56,994 bases of DNA from an uncultured Candidatus Saccharibacteria bacterium (GTDB lineage Bacteria > Patescibacteriota > Doudnabacteria > UBA920). The notes below the pieces were generated by a model. The model was given only the letters and a program-made list of their open reading frames with translations, did not search any database and was not told the DNA's origin. The stretch covers positions 1-56,994 of the forward strand of contig CAYTCJ010000004.1 in the NCBI GenBank assembly GCA_964436545.1, read 5' to 3'. Every line of letters starts with the position of its first letter. Within the stretch, counting starts at the first letter, position 1. Below, piece by piece: positions 7,855 through 16,139 of this stretch. A program made the translations under genes and the position numbers.

Positions 7855-10800
7855 ATGAGCTATTATCGCCAGCATCGAAGATTCAACCCTACAAAGTATT
7901 GGGGCACCAAACCAGTTTGCGCTATTTGCAAAAATAGGAAAGTTGTTAGTGGTAATATCTGCAAAGAGTGCCAAGAAGCGGGAGGTTGGGGCTCAAAAAC
8001 TATTTCCACTGAACAGATTCAGGAGGCGAATAAAAACAACTTCCCCACTACTGTTACAGTAGCCCCTATCGAAAGACAGGAAGCATCACCTTTAATGAAG
8101 TCTGTTGTCGGTTATCTTAAAGACTGCGCTACAGCTATTTTGCGAAATTCTACACTTGTAGATATCACGAATACCAAAGATGTATATTTTCTTCAAGCCC
8201 CGGAAAATATACTAGAATTACTTGAAAACAACAATTTAGAAATACCAGGTAAAGAAGCATTCGACCTTCTTTATAAAATGACATCTCGGCCCAATGAATT
8301 TGAATTAATTTTGGGCATTTTATTTTTTATAGGGAAATCCCCAAAAAGCACAAAAGACAAACCGAAAAAAGTTTATTCGCCGCTCCTATATGTTAAGTTG
8401 GAGCCTTCTAGATCGGAAGATGGCCAGAGTGTTGTTTTTTCTCTCAAAGAAGACACTGTCTTTTTAAACCAAGCCGTAATTTCTCAGTTAGTTGAAGTAA
8501 AAGATGAGGGGGAGCTTGAAGTTCGATTTCAAGATTTATATGGGACCATACCAAGCTGGCCATTAAACCTTGAGAGCTTAAACCAGTTTTTAATAAACCT
8601 ATCAAATTATTTCCCGGAAATATTTAAGGAAGATAATCCTGTTATTGATTCTTTTATAAGAGCTGACGAAATTGAAGTCCCCCAAAATGGCATAGGGTTA
8701 TTTCCTACCAACCTTTTAATTTTATCTCCTAAGCAAGAAGCAGACGGTACAGTCATTGAGGAGTTAAATAAAATGTTGCAAAAGCTATTCGACCAAACTA
8801 GCGCAGACACAATTATTTGTGAAGGTGGGATAGCACCTACCTCTCCACAAACGGGAGAACAGCCTACCACTAGCGAAGTTTTTGGAAATGAGATTACTGA
8901 GGATGACTGGCATAACTTGTGGCCTATTGATTTAAGCGACACTCAAAAAAAGATTGTACGATCGGCACGTAAACATGCCCTTACCGTAGTATCTGGCCCT
9001 CCAGGCACAGGGAAATCATACACGATTGTTGGTGTAATTATCGATCATTTATTAGCAGGTAAAAAAGTCCTGTTTGTTTCCAGAATGGATAAGGCAGTAG
9101 AAGTAATAGTTAACCAACTTGAGCAGCAAGTGGGGCCTTTTGCAGTAGCTAGATCAGGGACTAGAAACGCTCAACGGAAGCTGGCCGACAAATTAGAGCT
9201 TTTAACGGGCCCGAATAATGGGGTTAGGCCAGTGAATCAAAAAGAGGTTGAAGCTTTAGAACACAAGTATTCCGAACTCCAAGATACGGTTAAATCTTTA
9301 GAAAATGAATTTCTGGACAAAGTATCCACGGAACGAGATTGGGGTAATGTTCATGAACACATAGAGGAAATTAATGAAAAGATTCGTTTAAATCGCGACC
9401 TTCAAGAAATTCTCATCAAAGATAAAAAAATTGCCAAGCTTCATAATAAGGTTGAAGGTGCACAGGCGTTACTAGACAATAAAAAATTCTTTTTGTTGAC
9501 CTGGTGGGGACAACGATCCTTAAACAAGGTTAGATCAATTTTGAATGTTAAGCCTAACACCAACACGGAAGAATTGTTGGCGATTATAGAAAAACTCCAA
9601 AATCAAAATCTAGAAAGAGAAATAGACCAAGAGCTGTCTAAATTTGCAGAAGTCAATCAACTGTGGAGCGAAATTCAAGAGTATAAAGACAATCTTAGAA
9701 ATATTTCTAAGGAAATTTTGACCAGAGTCTTGCTAGGCAATCTAAGTTTGGTAGTAAACAACCACTATAAACGCATAGAGATAACGACTTTAAAACAAGC
9801 TTTAAGGGCAGCTGATATGCGCAAAAAGCACGCGCTACGCGAAAAAGTTTCTACTGAAACTATGTTAAGCGCGTTTCCCTGTTGGGCAAGCACCACGAAT
9901 CATTTATCTCAAATTCTAGCTCTTGAGCCAGGCATGTTTGATTTAGTAATTTTTGACGAAGCCAGCCAATGCGATTTAGCATCTGCCATACCTGCTTTGT
10001 ATAGAGCTAGCCGGGCCATGATAGTGGGAGATCCAAAACAACTTAACCACGTTGTGTTTCTTGGAAGACAGTCGGAATATGCGGCGTATGCAAATAATTC
10101 TGTACCCACTGAAGCGCAAAGCACTTACCGATTTACCACCCGGAGCCTGTTCGATGTAGCGGAAGATAAAGTTGAGCAGCAAAATTACTATATGCTTGAT
10201 GAGCACTTCCGTTCAGATCCACATATAATTTCTTTTTCCAACGAGAAGTTTTATGAAGGTAAAATCCGCATAATGACTGAGCGTCCTGTTAATGGCAATG
10301 GCACGGCAATCAAGGTTGACTATGTTCATGGTAAAAGAACCGAAGGAACAGTAAATCCCAAAGAAATCGAAGCGGTATTTAAGCATGTTCAGGAAATTAT
10401 AACTTTTTCAGATAAAGAGAAGCCAATTACTATTGGCATCCTATGCCCCTTCAGGGATCAGGTTGATGCAATCACAAAAGCTCTCCCCCAACATTTATCA
10501 ATCAATGAGGTTGAGGATCACAAAATTGTTATCGGTACCGCACATAGCTTGCAGGGCGATGAAAAAGATGTGATTATATTATCCTTGTCCATTGATCCGG
10601 GCTTCCATCATGGGACCTTAATGTTTTTAGAAAAACCAAACGTTTTCAATGTTGCAATTACAAGAGCAAAGAAAAAATTATACGTCATTAGCTCAGTAGA
10701 AATATCGGATCTGCCAAACGGGCTTCTGAAGGAATTTCTCATTCATGCTGAATCTTCCATGGAGGAAACAATCCCCTTGGATAAGTTCGATTCAAAGTTT

Positions 10801-11097
10801 GAACAGGAAGTAGCAAATTATTTAAAACATAATGGATTAAGTGTATGGCCACAATACGAATCCGCGGGGTTTCATATCGATCTTGTCGTAGGAGATGGCC
10901 AGAATTACATCGCTATTGAGTGTGATGGGCCTACCCATTTCGATCTGGAAGAGAGGCAGAACTATTACGATGTTTGGCGGCAATCTATACTAGAAAGAGC
11001 CGGGTGGAGGTTTGTAAGAATTTCTTATAGAGAATGGGAAAGAAGCAGGGAAGAAATTTTAAACAGAGTTTTGGCTAAATTGACTTCCCTAAATTAA
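7855..11097 (+). CDS. SF1 (Upf1/DNA2-like, AAA_11/AAA_12-type) helicase with N-terminal Cys4 motif, DUF4011-like region and C-terminal DUF559/Vsr-like endonuclease-fold domain
   Basis: 1080 aa. CAICKN..CKEC. Walker A GPPGTGKS (nt 8995-9018), motif II VIFDEASQ, motif III MIVGDPKQL, then LDEHFRS, TAHSLQGDEKDVIIL and NVAITRAKKKLYV. The C-terminus (HIDLVVGDG..YIAIECDGPTHF...W RQSILERAGWRFVRISYREW) matches the DUF559 pattern. Confidence 0.85.
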   Translation: MSYYRQHRRFNPTKYWGTKPVCAICKNRKVVSGNICKECQEAGGWGSKTISTEQIQEANKNNFPTTVTVAPIERQEASPLMKSVVGYLKDCATAILRNSTLVDITNTKDVYFLQAPENILELLENNNLEIPGKEAFDLLYKMTSRPNEFELILGILFFIGKSPKSTKDKPKKVYSPLLYVKLEPSRSEDGQSVVFSLKEDTVFLNQAVISQLVEVKDEGELEVRFQDLYGTIPSWPLNLESLNQFLINLSNYFPEIFKEDNPVIDSFIRADEIEVPQNGIGLFPTNLLILSPKQEADGTVIEELNKMLQKLFDQTSADTIICEGGIAPTSPQTGEQPTTSEVFGNEITEDDWHNLWPIDLSDTQKKIVRSARKHALTVVSGPPGTGKSYTIVGVIIDHLLAGKKVLFVSRMDKAVEVIVNQLEQQVGPFAVARSGTRNAQRKLADKLELLTGPNNGVRPVNQKEVEALEHKYSELQDTVKSLENEFLDKVSTERDWGNVHEHIEEINEKIRLNRDLQEILIKDKKIAKLHNKVEGAQALLDNKKFFLLTWWGQRSLNKVRSILNVKPNTNTEELLAIIEKLQNQNLEREIDQELSKFAEVNQLWSEIQEYKDNLRNISKEILTRVLLGNLSLVVNNHYKRIEITTLKQALRAADMRKKHALREKVSTETMLSAFPCWASTTNHLSQILALEPGMFDLVIFDEASQCDLASAIPALYRASRAMIVGDPKQLNHVVFLGRQSEYAAYANNSVPTEAQSTYRFTTRSLFDVAEDKVEQQNYYMLDEHFRSDPHIISFSNEKFYEGKIRIMTERPVNGNGTAIKVDYVHGKRTEGTVNPKEIEAVFKHVQEIITFSDKEKPITIGILCPFRDQVDAITKALPQHLSINEVEDHKIVIGTAHSLQGDEKDVIILSLSIDPGFHHGTLMFLEKPNVFNVAITRAKKKLYVISSVEISDLPNGLLKEFLIHAESSMEETIPLDKFDSKFEQEVANYLKHNGLSVWPQYESAGFHIDLVVGDGQNYIAIECDGPTHFDLEERQNYYDVWRQSILERAGWRFVRISYREWERSREEILNRVLAKLTSLN

Positions 11098-11102
11098 GAT
11101 TT

Positions 11103-11130
11103 AAAAGACCCTCAATGGGTCTTTTAAATT
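11103..11130 (+). terminator. Intrinsic terminator after the helicase-nuclease gene
   Basis: AAAAGACCC-TCAAT-GGGTCTTTT hairpin begins 6 nt after the stop codon. Confidence 0.55.
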
Positions 11131-11200
11131 GTAACTTAAGGTAAAAAAGTGCTAAAATATAGGAAATAATATAAAAAGGGCTCTTATTTGGCACCCTTGA

Positions 11201-13033
11201 ATGGTCTTGGTTATGTATTTATCCAATTTGAAACTTTGGAATTTTAGAAAGTTTGGCGGAGATGGAATCGATGAATTAAATTTACAGGAACCTCACGTCG
11301 AAATTAATTTCACCAAAGGTGTTAACTTGCTTGTAGGAGAAAATGATTCAGGGAAAAGTGCTATCATAGACGCTATAAAATTAATACTGAAAACCCATAG
11401 TGTTGAATGGATCAAGCTTGAAGATGGAGATTTTTTTAAAAACAGTAACCGACTAAGAATTGAGTGCATATTTGAGGATTTCAGCGACCAGGAAGCAAAA
11501 AATTTTGTAGAATGGTTGGGTACAAAAGATGTATTGAATGAAGACGGAACATCAAAAACTGTTCCCTTTTTACGATTGATTATGGATGCAAAAAGAACGG
11601 CTGATAAAATTTTGCCCTGTGATGTTAAAGCTGGAGTGGATGATGAAGGATCTGTTATAAGTGCCGAAGCTCGTGAATATTTAAAAGTGACCTATTTAAG
11701 ACCTTTGCGGGATGCTAAGTCCGAATTGATTGCTAAAAAAAATTCCAGGTTATCTCAAATACTATATAGTCACCCGGTATTTAAGGATAAAGAAAATCAT
11801 GAACTTGTAAAAATTTTAATTGGAGCCAATACCCAAATAAAGGGATATTTTGAGAATGAGGCAGAAAAAGACAAGAACGGCTTTCCGATCTTGTCGACTT
11901 TAAAAACTTACTTAGCCAGCTTTTTAAAAAAGAATACGCCGCAAGATACCAAATTTCATATTGATGACCCAAAACTTAAAAATATTTTAGAAATTTTAAA
12001 ACTGACTTTACAAGACGAATTAAGTGGATTGGGAACCTATAATTTATTATTTATAGCTGCGGAGCTTTTGCATCTACGCAAAGATAATTACAACGGTTTA
12101 AAACTGGGTTTAATAGAAGAAGTTGAAGCTCACTTGCACCCCCAGGCCCAACTTCGAGTGATGGCCGCACTCGAAAATGAATCGGACAAGGATGGTGTCC
12201 AATTAATTTTGACTACTCATAGTCCAAATTTAGCATCTAAAGCTCATGTGGAAAATATAATATTGTGTTATGGACAAAATGTTTTTCCATTACGTAAAGA
12301 ATATTCAGAATTGAAAGATGCAGATTATAATTTCCTAGAACGCTTTTTAGACGTAACTAAGTCTAATTTATTTTTTGCCCAAGGTTTATTATTAGTAGAA
12401 GGTGATGCCGAAAATATACTAATTCCTTCAATAGCAAAACTGATCGGAAAAAATTTGACCGAATATGGAGTATCAATAGTAAATGTGGGTGGACGTATTT
12501 TTTTACGCTATTCTAGAATTTTCCAACGTAAGCCAGGGTTATCTGAAATTGGCTTGCCGGTTTCTGTTGTAACGGACTTAGATATTAAGCCCGAAGACGA
12601 AGCTGCTAAGAAGACTGAGGAAACCACAAAAATTGAACAAAAATATAGTGGCCAGTCAGTCAAAACTTTCGTTTCACCACATCAGACACTAGAATATTGC
12701 CTGGCTCTTTCAGCAAATTTGAAAGAGTTACTCTTCAATGCCATAAAAGCAGCAGGCGAAGAAATGGAAAATGATGGTTATAGCGGGAAAAAAATCTCAG
12801 GAGATTGGTCAACTTTTTCAGCCGGAGTAGAGGAAACGGAGTTAGCCAAAAAAATATATAAGTTACTTACAAAAGAAGGAAAGGCAATTTCTAAATCCAT
12901 CACCGCTCAATTTCTTAGTAAATTTTTAGAAGAAAAATCCTCAGATCAAGACTTCGTTAAAAAACTAAAGGACGACCAACAAATAAAATATATTGTTGAT
13001 GCCATTAATTATGTCACACCGGACAATAACTGA
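11201..13033 (+). CDS. gajA: OLD-family ABC-ATPase + TOPRIM nuclease, Gabija GajA-like
   Basis: 610 aa. Walker A GENDSGKSAIIDAIKL, IEEVEAHLHPQAQ (Walker B/D-loop style), TOPRIM LLLVEGDAENILIP and VVTDLDIKPED. Followed by an overlapping UvrD-like helicase gene. The second ATG at 11213 (MYLSNLKLWNFRKFG) is the more likely start. Confidence 0.8.
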   Translation: MVLVMYLSNLKLWNFRKFGGDGIDELNLQEPHVEINFTKGVNLLVGENDSGKSAIIDAIKLILKTHSVEWIKLEDGDFFKNSNRLRIECIFEDFSDQEAKNFVEWLGTKDVLNEDGTSKTVPFLRLIMDAKRTADKILPCDVKAGVDDEGSVISAEAREYLKVTYLRPLRDAKSELIAKKNSRLSQILYSHPVFKDKENHELVKILIGANTQIKGYFENEAEKDKNGFPILSTLKTYLASFLKKNTPQDTKFHIDDPKLKNILEILKLTLQDELSGLGTYNLLFIAAELLHLRKDNYNGLKLGLIEEVEAHLHPQAQLRVMAALENESDKDGVQLILTTHSPNLASKAHVENIILCYGQNVFPLRKEYSELKDADYNFLERFLDVTKSNLFFAQGLLLVEGDAENILIPSIAKLIGKNLTEYGVSIVNVGGRIFLRYSRIFQRKPGLSEIGLPVSVVTDLDIKPEDEAAKKTEETTKIEQKYSGQSVKTFVSPHQTLEYCLALSANLKELLFNAIKAAGEEMENDGYSGKKISGDWSTFSAGVEETELAKKIYKLLTKEGKAISKSITAQFLSKFLEEKSSDQDFVKKLKDDQQIKYIVDAINYVTPDNN

Positions 13034-14948
13034 TGCAGACATCGCTTACGCGGAAAATATCTTATTGCCTGAAGGTGAAAAGTTTGATTCAGAAAGAGTA
13101 ACTTTCATCAAAGAATTAGGGTCGGTTGATTTACAGGCATGTCCGGGAAGCGGTAAAACGACTTGTTTAATGGCCAAGTTATTAATATTGGCGCGAGAGC
13201 TTCCTTTTGATGATGGTAGCGGTATTTTAGTATTATCCCACACTAACGGAGCCGTTGATGAAATAAAAGAAAAAATTGCAAAGTATTACCCGCAGCTTTT
13301 TAAGTTTCCAACATTTATTGGCACCATTCAAAGTTTTGTAGATCATTTTTTAGCTATTCCTTACTACGTTCAAAAATATAAGCACAAGCCTTTAAGAATA
13401 GACAGTCAAATATTTTATGAGCAAGTGTGGGAACCAGGAAAAGCTAAATTTTGGCTCACTAATAATTTTAAGGAGGCCTCGGATCGAAGAGAATTTTTAG
13501 GAAACATTTGTTTTGATCTAAATGACAATTTAGTTAGTGGACCTGTAGGAACTCCTGAAAATTTTAGAATTAAAGATAAAAACTGCGAAACTTATAAAGC
13601 TCTTTACGAAATGAAAAATAAGTTGTTAGAAAGCGGTTATATATCTTATGATGATGCTTACTATTTTGCCGCTTGCTACATAAAAAAGTTTCCAAAGATT
13701 GTCGACCTACTGCAAAAACGTTTTAAATACGTTTTTATTGACGAAATGCAAGACACGGACACACACCAGCTAGAACTTATAGATACTGTTTTCCCTATGG
13801 GCGGAGGAAGTTCTGTCCAGAGAATCGGTGATCAAAATCAGGCTATCTATAGCAAAGTTAAACCTGATGTTGTATGGAAACCGCGAGATGGTTATTTCAC
13901 TCTTAATGGCAGCAAGAGATTATCACCAAGTATAGCGGCGACAATAAAAAATATTTCCCTCACGCCTCAAGATTTAGTTGGAAATCCTAAAAGACAGAGC
14001 ATAAAACCAAAGATATTACTTTTTGACGATTCCAGTATTCAGAAAGTTCCAAATAAATTTTGCCAGATCGTTATCGATAATAGCTTACATAAACGCCAAA
14101 GCCCTATTTTTAAAGCCATAGGATGGCGTAAAAGGCCGACTGTTGCCAACGGACTCACAATTGGTAGTTATTTTACGGATTCACAAACGATTAAGCAGCG
14201 TATGAAAATCGATTATGATAGCTTAAAGGAATACTTGTTTTTTGAAAGAACGGAAAATATCTCTGAATTAAATTCTTCTAGAAAAAATATTATAAACGCC
14301 CTCATTAAAATTCTTCGTATCGCAAAAATTAAAAATGTGACAGGGGCTGATTTTACCGGTCAGTCGTTCCTTAAATTTCTATCTGAAAAATCACCAGAGG
14401 AATACGAAAAACTCCAATTAAATTTGCTGAACTGGTGCATGTCCTTGGTAAAAGGGTTAGATATACATACTTTAGTATCTGATTATGCTTCGCACTTGTT
14501 AAATGATTTATTCGGCGTAACAGAGATAGCTGACGAAGTTAATAATTTTATTACTTATACTGATAATGATCAAGAAAGCAATGTCGAGAAAATAGCACAA
14601 AAAATTCCTATAAACCGCTTCCATTATATAACGGATGAAGGAAATATTGATCTTGAAATTGCAACGATTCACAGTATAAAAGGAGAAACTCATACCGGAA
14701 CATTATATTTAGAAACATACTATTATAATGACGGTGGGAGATCTTACGAATCAGAGAGGCTAATTGAACAATTAAAAGGTAATCGGGCCACAGGCAAAAT
14801 CGGAAAAAGAGTTCAAGAGAGTTTAAAAATGGCCTATGTGGGAATGAGCAGGCCAACTGATCTGCTTTGTATTGCAATTCATAAAACTCACATACCTACA
14901 ACAGAAATGCCAAATCTAAATAATATGTGGGATGTAGTCGAAGTTTAA
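13011..14948 (+). CDS. gajB: UvrD/PcrA/Rep-like SF1 helicase, Gabija GajB-like
   Basis: Motif I CPGSGKTT, motif II VFIDEMQDT, motif III GDQNQAIY, then TIHSIKGETH and YVGMSRPTDLL. The frame is open from 12993. ATG at 13011 overlaps the gajA 3' end by 23 nt. Confidence 0.8.
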   Translation: MSHRTITDADIAYAENILLPEGEKFDSERVTFIKELGSVDLQACPGSGKTTCLMAKLLILARELPFDDGSGILVLSHTNGAVDEIKEKIAKYYPQLFKFPTFIGTIQSFVDHFLAIPYYVQKYKHKPLRIDSQIFYEQVWEPGKAKFWLTNNFKEASDRREFLGNICFDLNDNLVSGPVGTPENFRIKDKNCETYKALYEMKNKLLESGYISYDDAYYFAACYIKKFPKIVDLLQKRFKYVFIDEMQDTDTHQLELIDTVFPMGGGSSVQRIGDQNQAIYSKVKPDVVWKPRDGYFTLNGSKRLSPSIAATIKNISLTPQDLVGNPKRQSIKPKILLFDDSSIQKVPNKFCQIVIDNSLHKRQSPIFKAIGWRKRPTVANGLTIGSYFTDSQTIKQRMKIDYDSLKEYLFFERTENISELNSSRKNIINALIKILRIAKIKNVTGADFTGQSFLKFLSEKSPEEYEKLQLNLLNWCMSLVKGLDIHTLVSDYASHLLNDLFGVTEIADEVNNFITYTDNDQESNVEKIAQKIPINRFHYITDEGNIDLEIATIHSIKGETHTGTLYLETYYYNDGGRSYESERLIEQLKGNRATGKIGKRVQESLKMAYVGMSRPTDLLCIAIHKTHIPTTEMPNLNNMWDVVEV

Positions 14949-15091
14949 CGATGTTACAGTATTTACGATATTTTAAACCTTTCTTAAAAATTGCACGGAT
15001 TTTATTTTGGGGCCCCCCGGGGCGACATTGCCGATAAAGGCCGTCTTGCCTATACCCCGGGGTACCGGGGGGTAGAAAATCGAGTTGAAAC

Positions 15092-15117
15092 AAAAAGACC
15101 CGCACGGGGTCTTTTTT
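15092..15117 (+). terminator. Intrinsic terminator downstream of gajB
   Basis: AAAAAGACCC-GCACG-GGGTCTTTTTT. Confidence 0.5.
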
Positions 15118-15214
15118 GAATCTACAGACTATCTTGCGGCGGCCAAGGCAGGGATTAAGGCCTGGAATTGCTTTATTTCCTCTACTAAAAAGTTGAAGTT
15201 TCTCAAGCTGTAGT

Positions 15215-15298
15215 CTACCAAATAAAAATACCGAATTTGTTTCGGTATTTTTATTTGTCCTGAGCGAAGTCGAAGGGCTGTATTTGAGGGTGTTTTTG
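15215..15298. repeat. 84-bp direct repeat, copy 1 (83/84 identical to 23187-23270); contains a bidirectional terminator hairpin
   Basis: Compared base by base: CTACCAAATAAAAATACCGAATTTGTTTCGGTATTTTTATTTGTCCTGAGCGAAGTCGAAGGGCTGTATTTGAG[G/A]GTGTTTTTG. Hairpin AAAAATACCGAA-TTTG-TTCGGTATTTTT is at 15224-15251. Confidence 0.9.
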
Positions 15299-15528
15299 AA
15301 AGGAAAAGGAGTCAGGAGCTATTTGCATATAGCAATGGCCTATAAAGCCATAAAAGAACTATTTACAGTTAGTAAACAAACACAGCCAAAAGTTCAATTA
15401 AACACAATTAGAAATTCCATATTAAAAAATAGACCATTTGGTGATGATTTCTGGATAAAAAAACTGCTGAGAGATTAGGTTTGGAGTCAAGTCTTAGACA
15501 ACCAGGTAGACCAAAGAAAGGCTCCTGA
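15284..15528 (+). pseudogene. Remnant of the C-terminal end of an IS200/REP-associated (Y1-type) transposase, frameshifted
   Basis: ...NRPFGDDFWIKK in one frame continues as AERLGLESSLRQPGRPKKGS-stop in another frame. This resembles the ...G...F..K.....GR.L....GRPKK tail that I associate with COG1943-type transposases. No catalytic N-terminal part is present. Confidence 0.35.
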
Positions 15529-15826
15529 CCCTCCTTGCGGACTTAGGTTATGTCATTGCGTCATTCCCCCATAGTTACTATTTAGGCTTCTATTGGGCAG
15601 ATGGGCAGGTGTAAAGGTGATTCCAGTAAGAATATCATTGTCAGATTTTATTAAACAACTCGAGGCTGACATACAAAGGCTGTTTCCCAAACAGGCATAG
15701 GGTTTATTGTTAAAAAATTGGTTAAAATGAGGGTATAATATCCAAGCCCAGCAAAATTCTTACTTGGCTTAAAAATGTCCTTTTGGTTTTATTTATGAAT
15801 TTAAAGGAGGTTATTACTATTACTAA

Positions 15827-15855
15827 TTGACAAACTATTGCAATAGTGTATTATA
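15827..15855 (+). promoter_or_regulatory. Sigma-70-like promoter with a palindromic operator in the spacer, upstream of the six-gene operon
   Basis: TTGACA (15827-15832), 16-nt spacer, TATTAT (15849-15854) preceded by TG. A perfect 14-bp palindrome ACTATTG|CAATAGT (15834-15847) fills the spacer, and a further CAATAG half-site is at 15860-15865. Confidence 0.5.
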
Positions 15856-15893
15856 TATACAATAGATTTAATAATTAACAATATATACTATTT

Positions 15894-16124
15894 ATGGCCA
15901 ATAGTGATACAAATAATAAAAAAGAGCGTTTTAAGAGACTAGCAACCTACCGAACTAACGAAGTTTTGAAGAAACTCAAGGTTTTGGGTAACTGCTCTAA
16001 TAGACAAGCTTATGAATATACAGAGGATGAGGTCAGCAAAATTTTTCAAGAGATTGATCGCACTGTAAAAGAAATAAAATCTAAATTTCATTTTCCAAAA
16101 AAAGAAAAGGAATTCACGTTATAA
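15894..16124 (+). CDS. Hypothetical 76-aa helical, charged protein; first gene of the operon
   Basis: ORF lies 39 nt after the promoter -10 and 15 nt before the next gene. No recognisable motif. Confidence 0.5.
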   Translation: MANSDTNNKKERFKRLATYRTNEVLKKLKVLGNCSNRQAYEYTEDEVSKIFQEIDRTVKEIKSKFHFPKKEKEFTL

Positions 16125-16139
16125 ATTAATCAACCTTAT

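Larger units (their letters stand above)
1837..15214. mobile_element. Putative integrative element (island module 1) abutting the 3' end of tRNA-Glu: recombinase + replication module + defence cargo
   Basis: Serine recombinase flush against the tRNA, Prim-Pol/helicase gene, and accessory defence genes. The right end is placed at a decayed tRNA-3'-end-like sequence (CTGTAGTCTACCAAA versus tRNA CCGTAGCGCTACCAAA). The boundaries are inferred. Confidence 0.45.

Noticed and set aside
14896-15105. 69-aa minus-strand ORF downstream of gajB
   Set aside because: It is generated by the GC-rich palindromic element and overlaps the gajB 3' end and a terminator. It has no start context and a low-complexity Pro/Gly/Arg translation.
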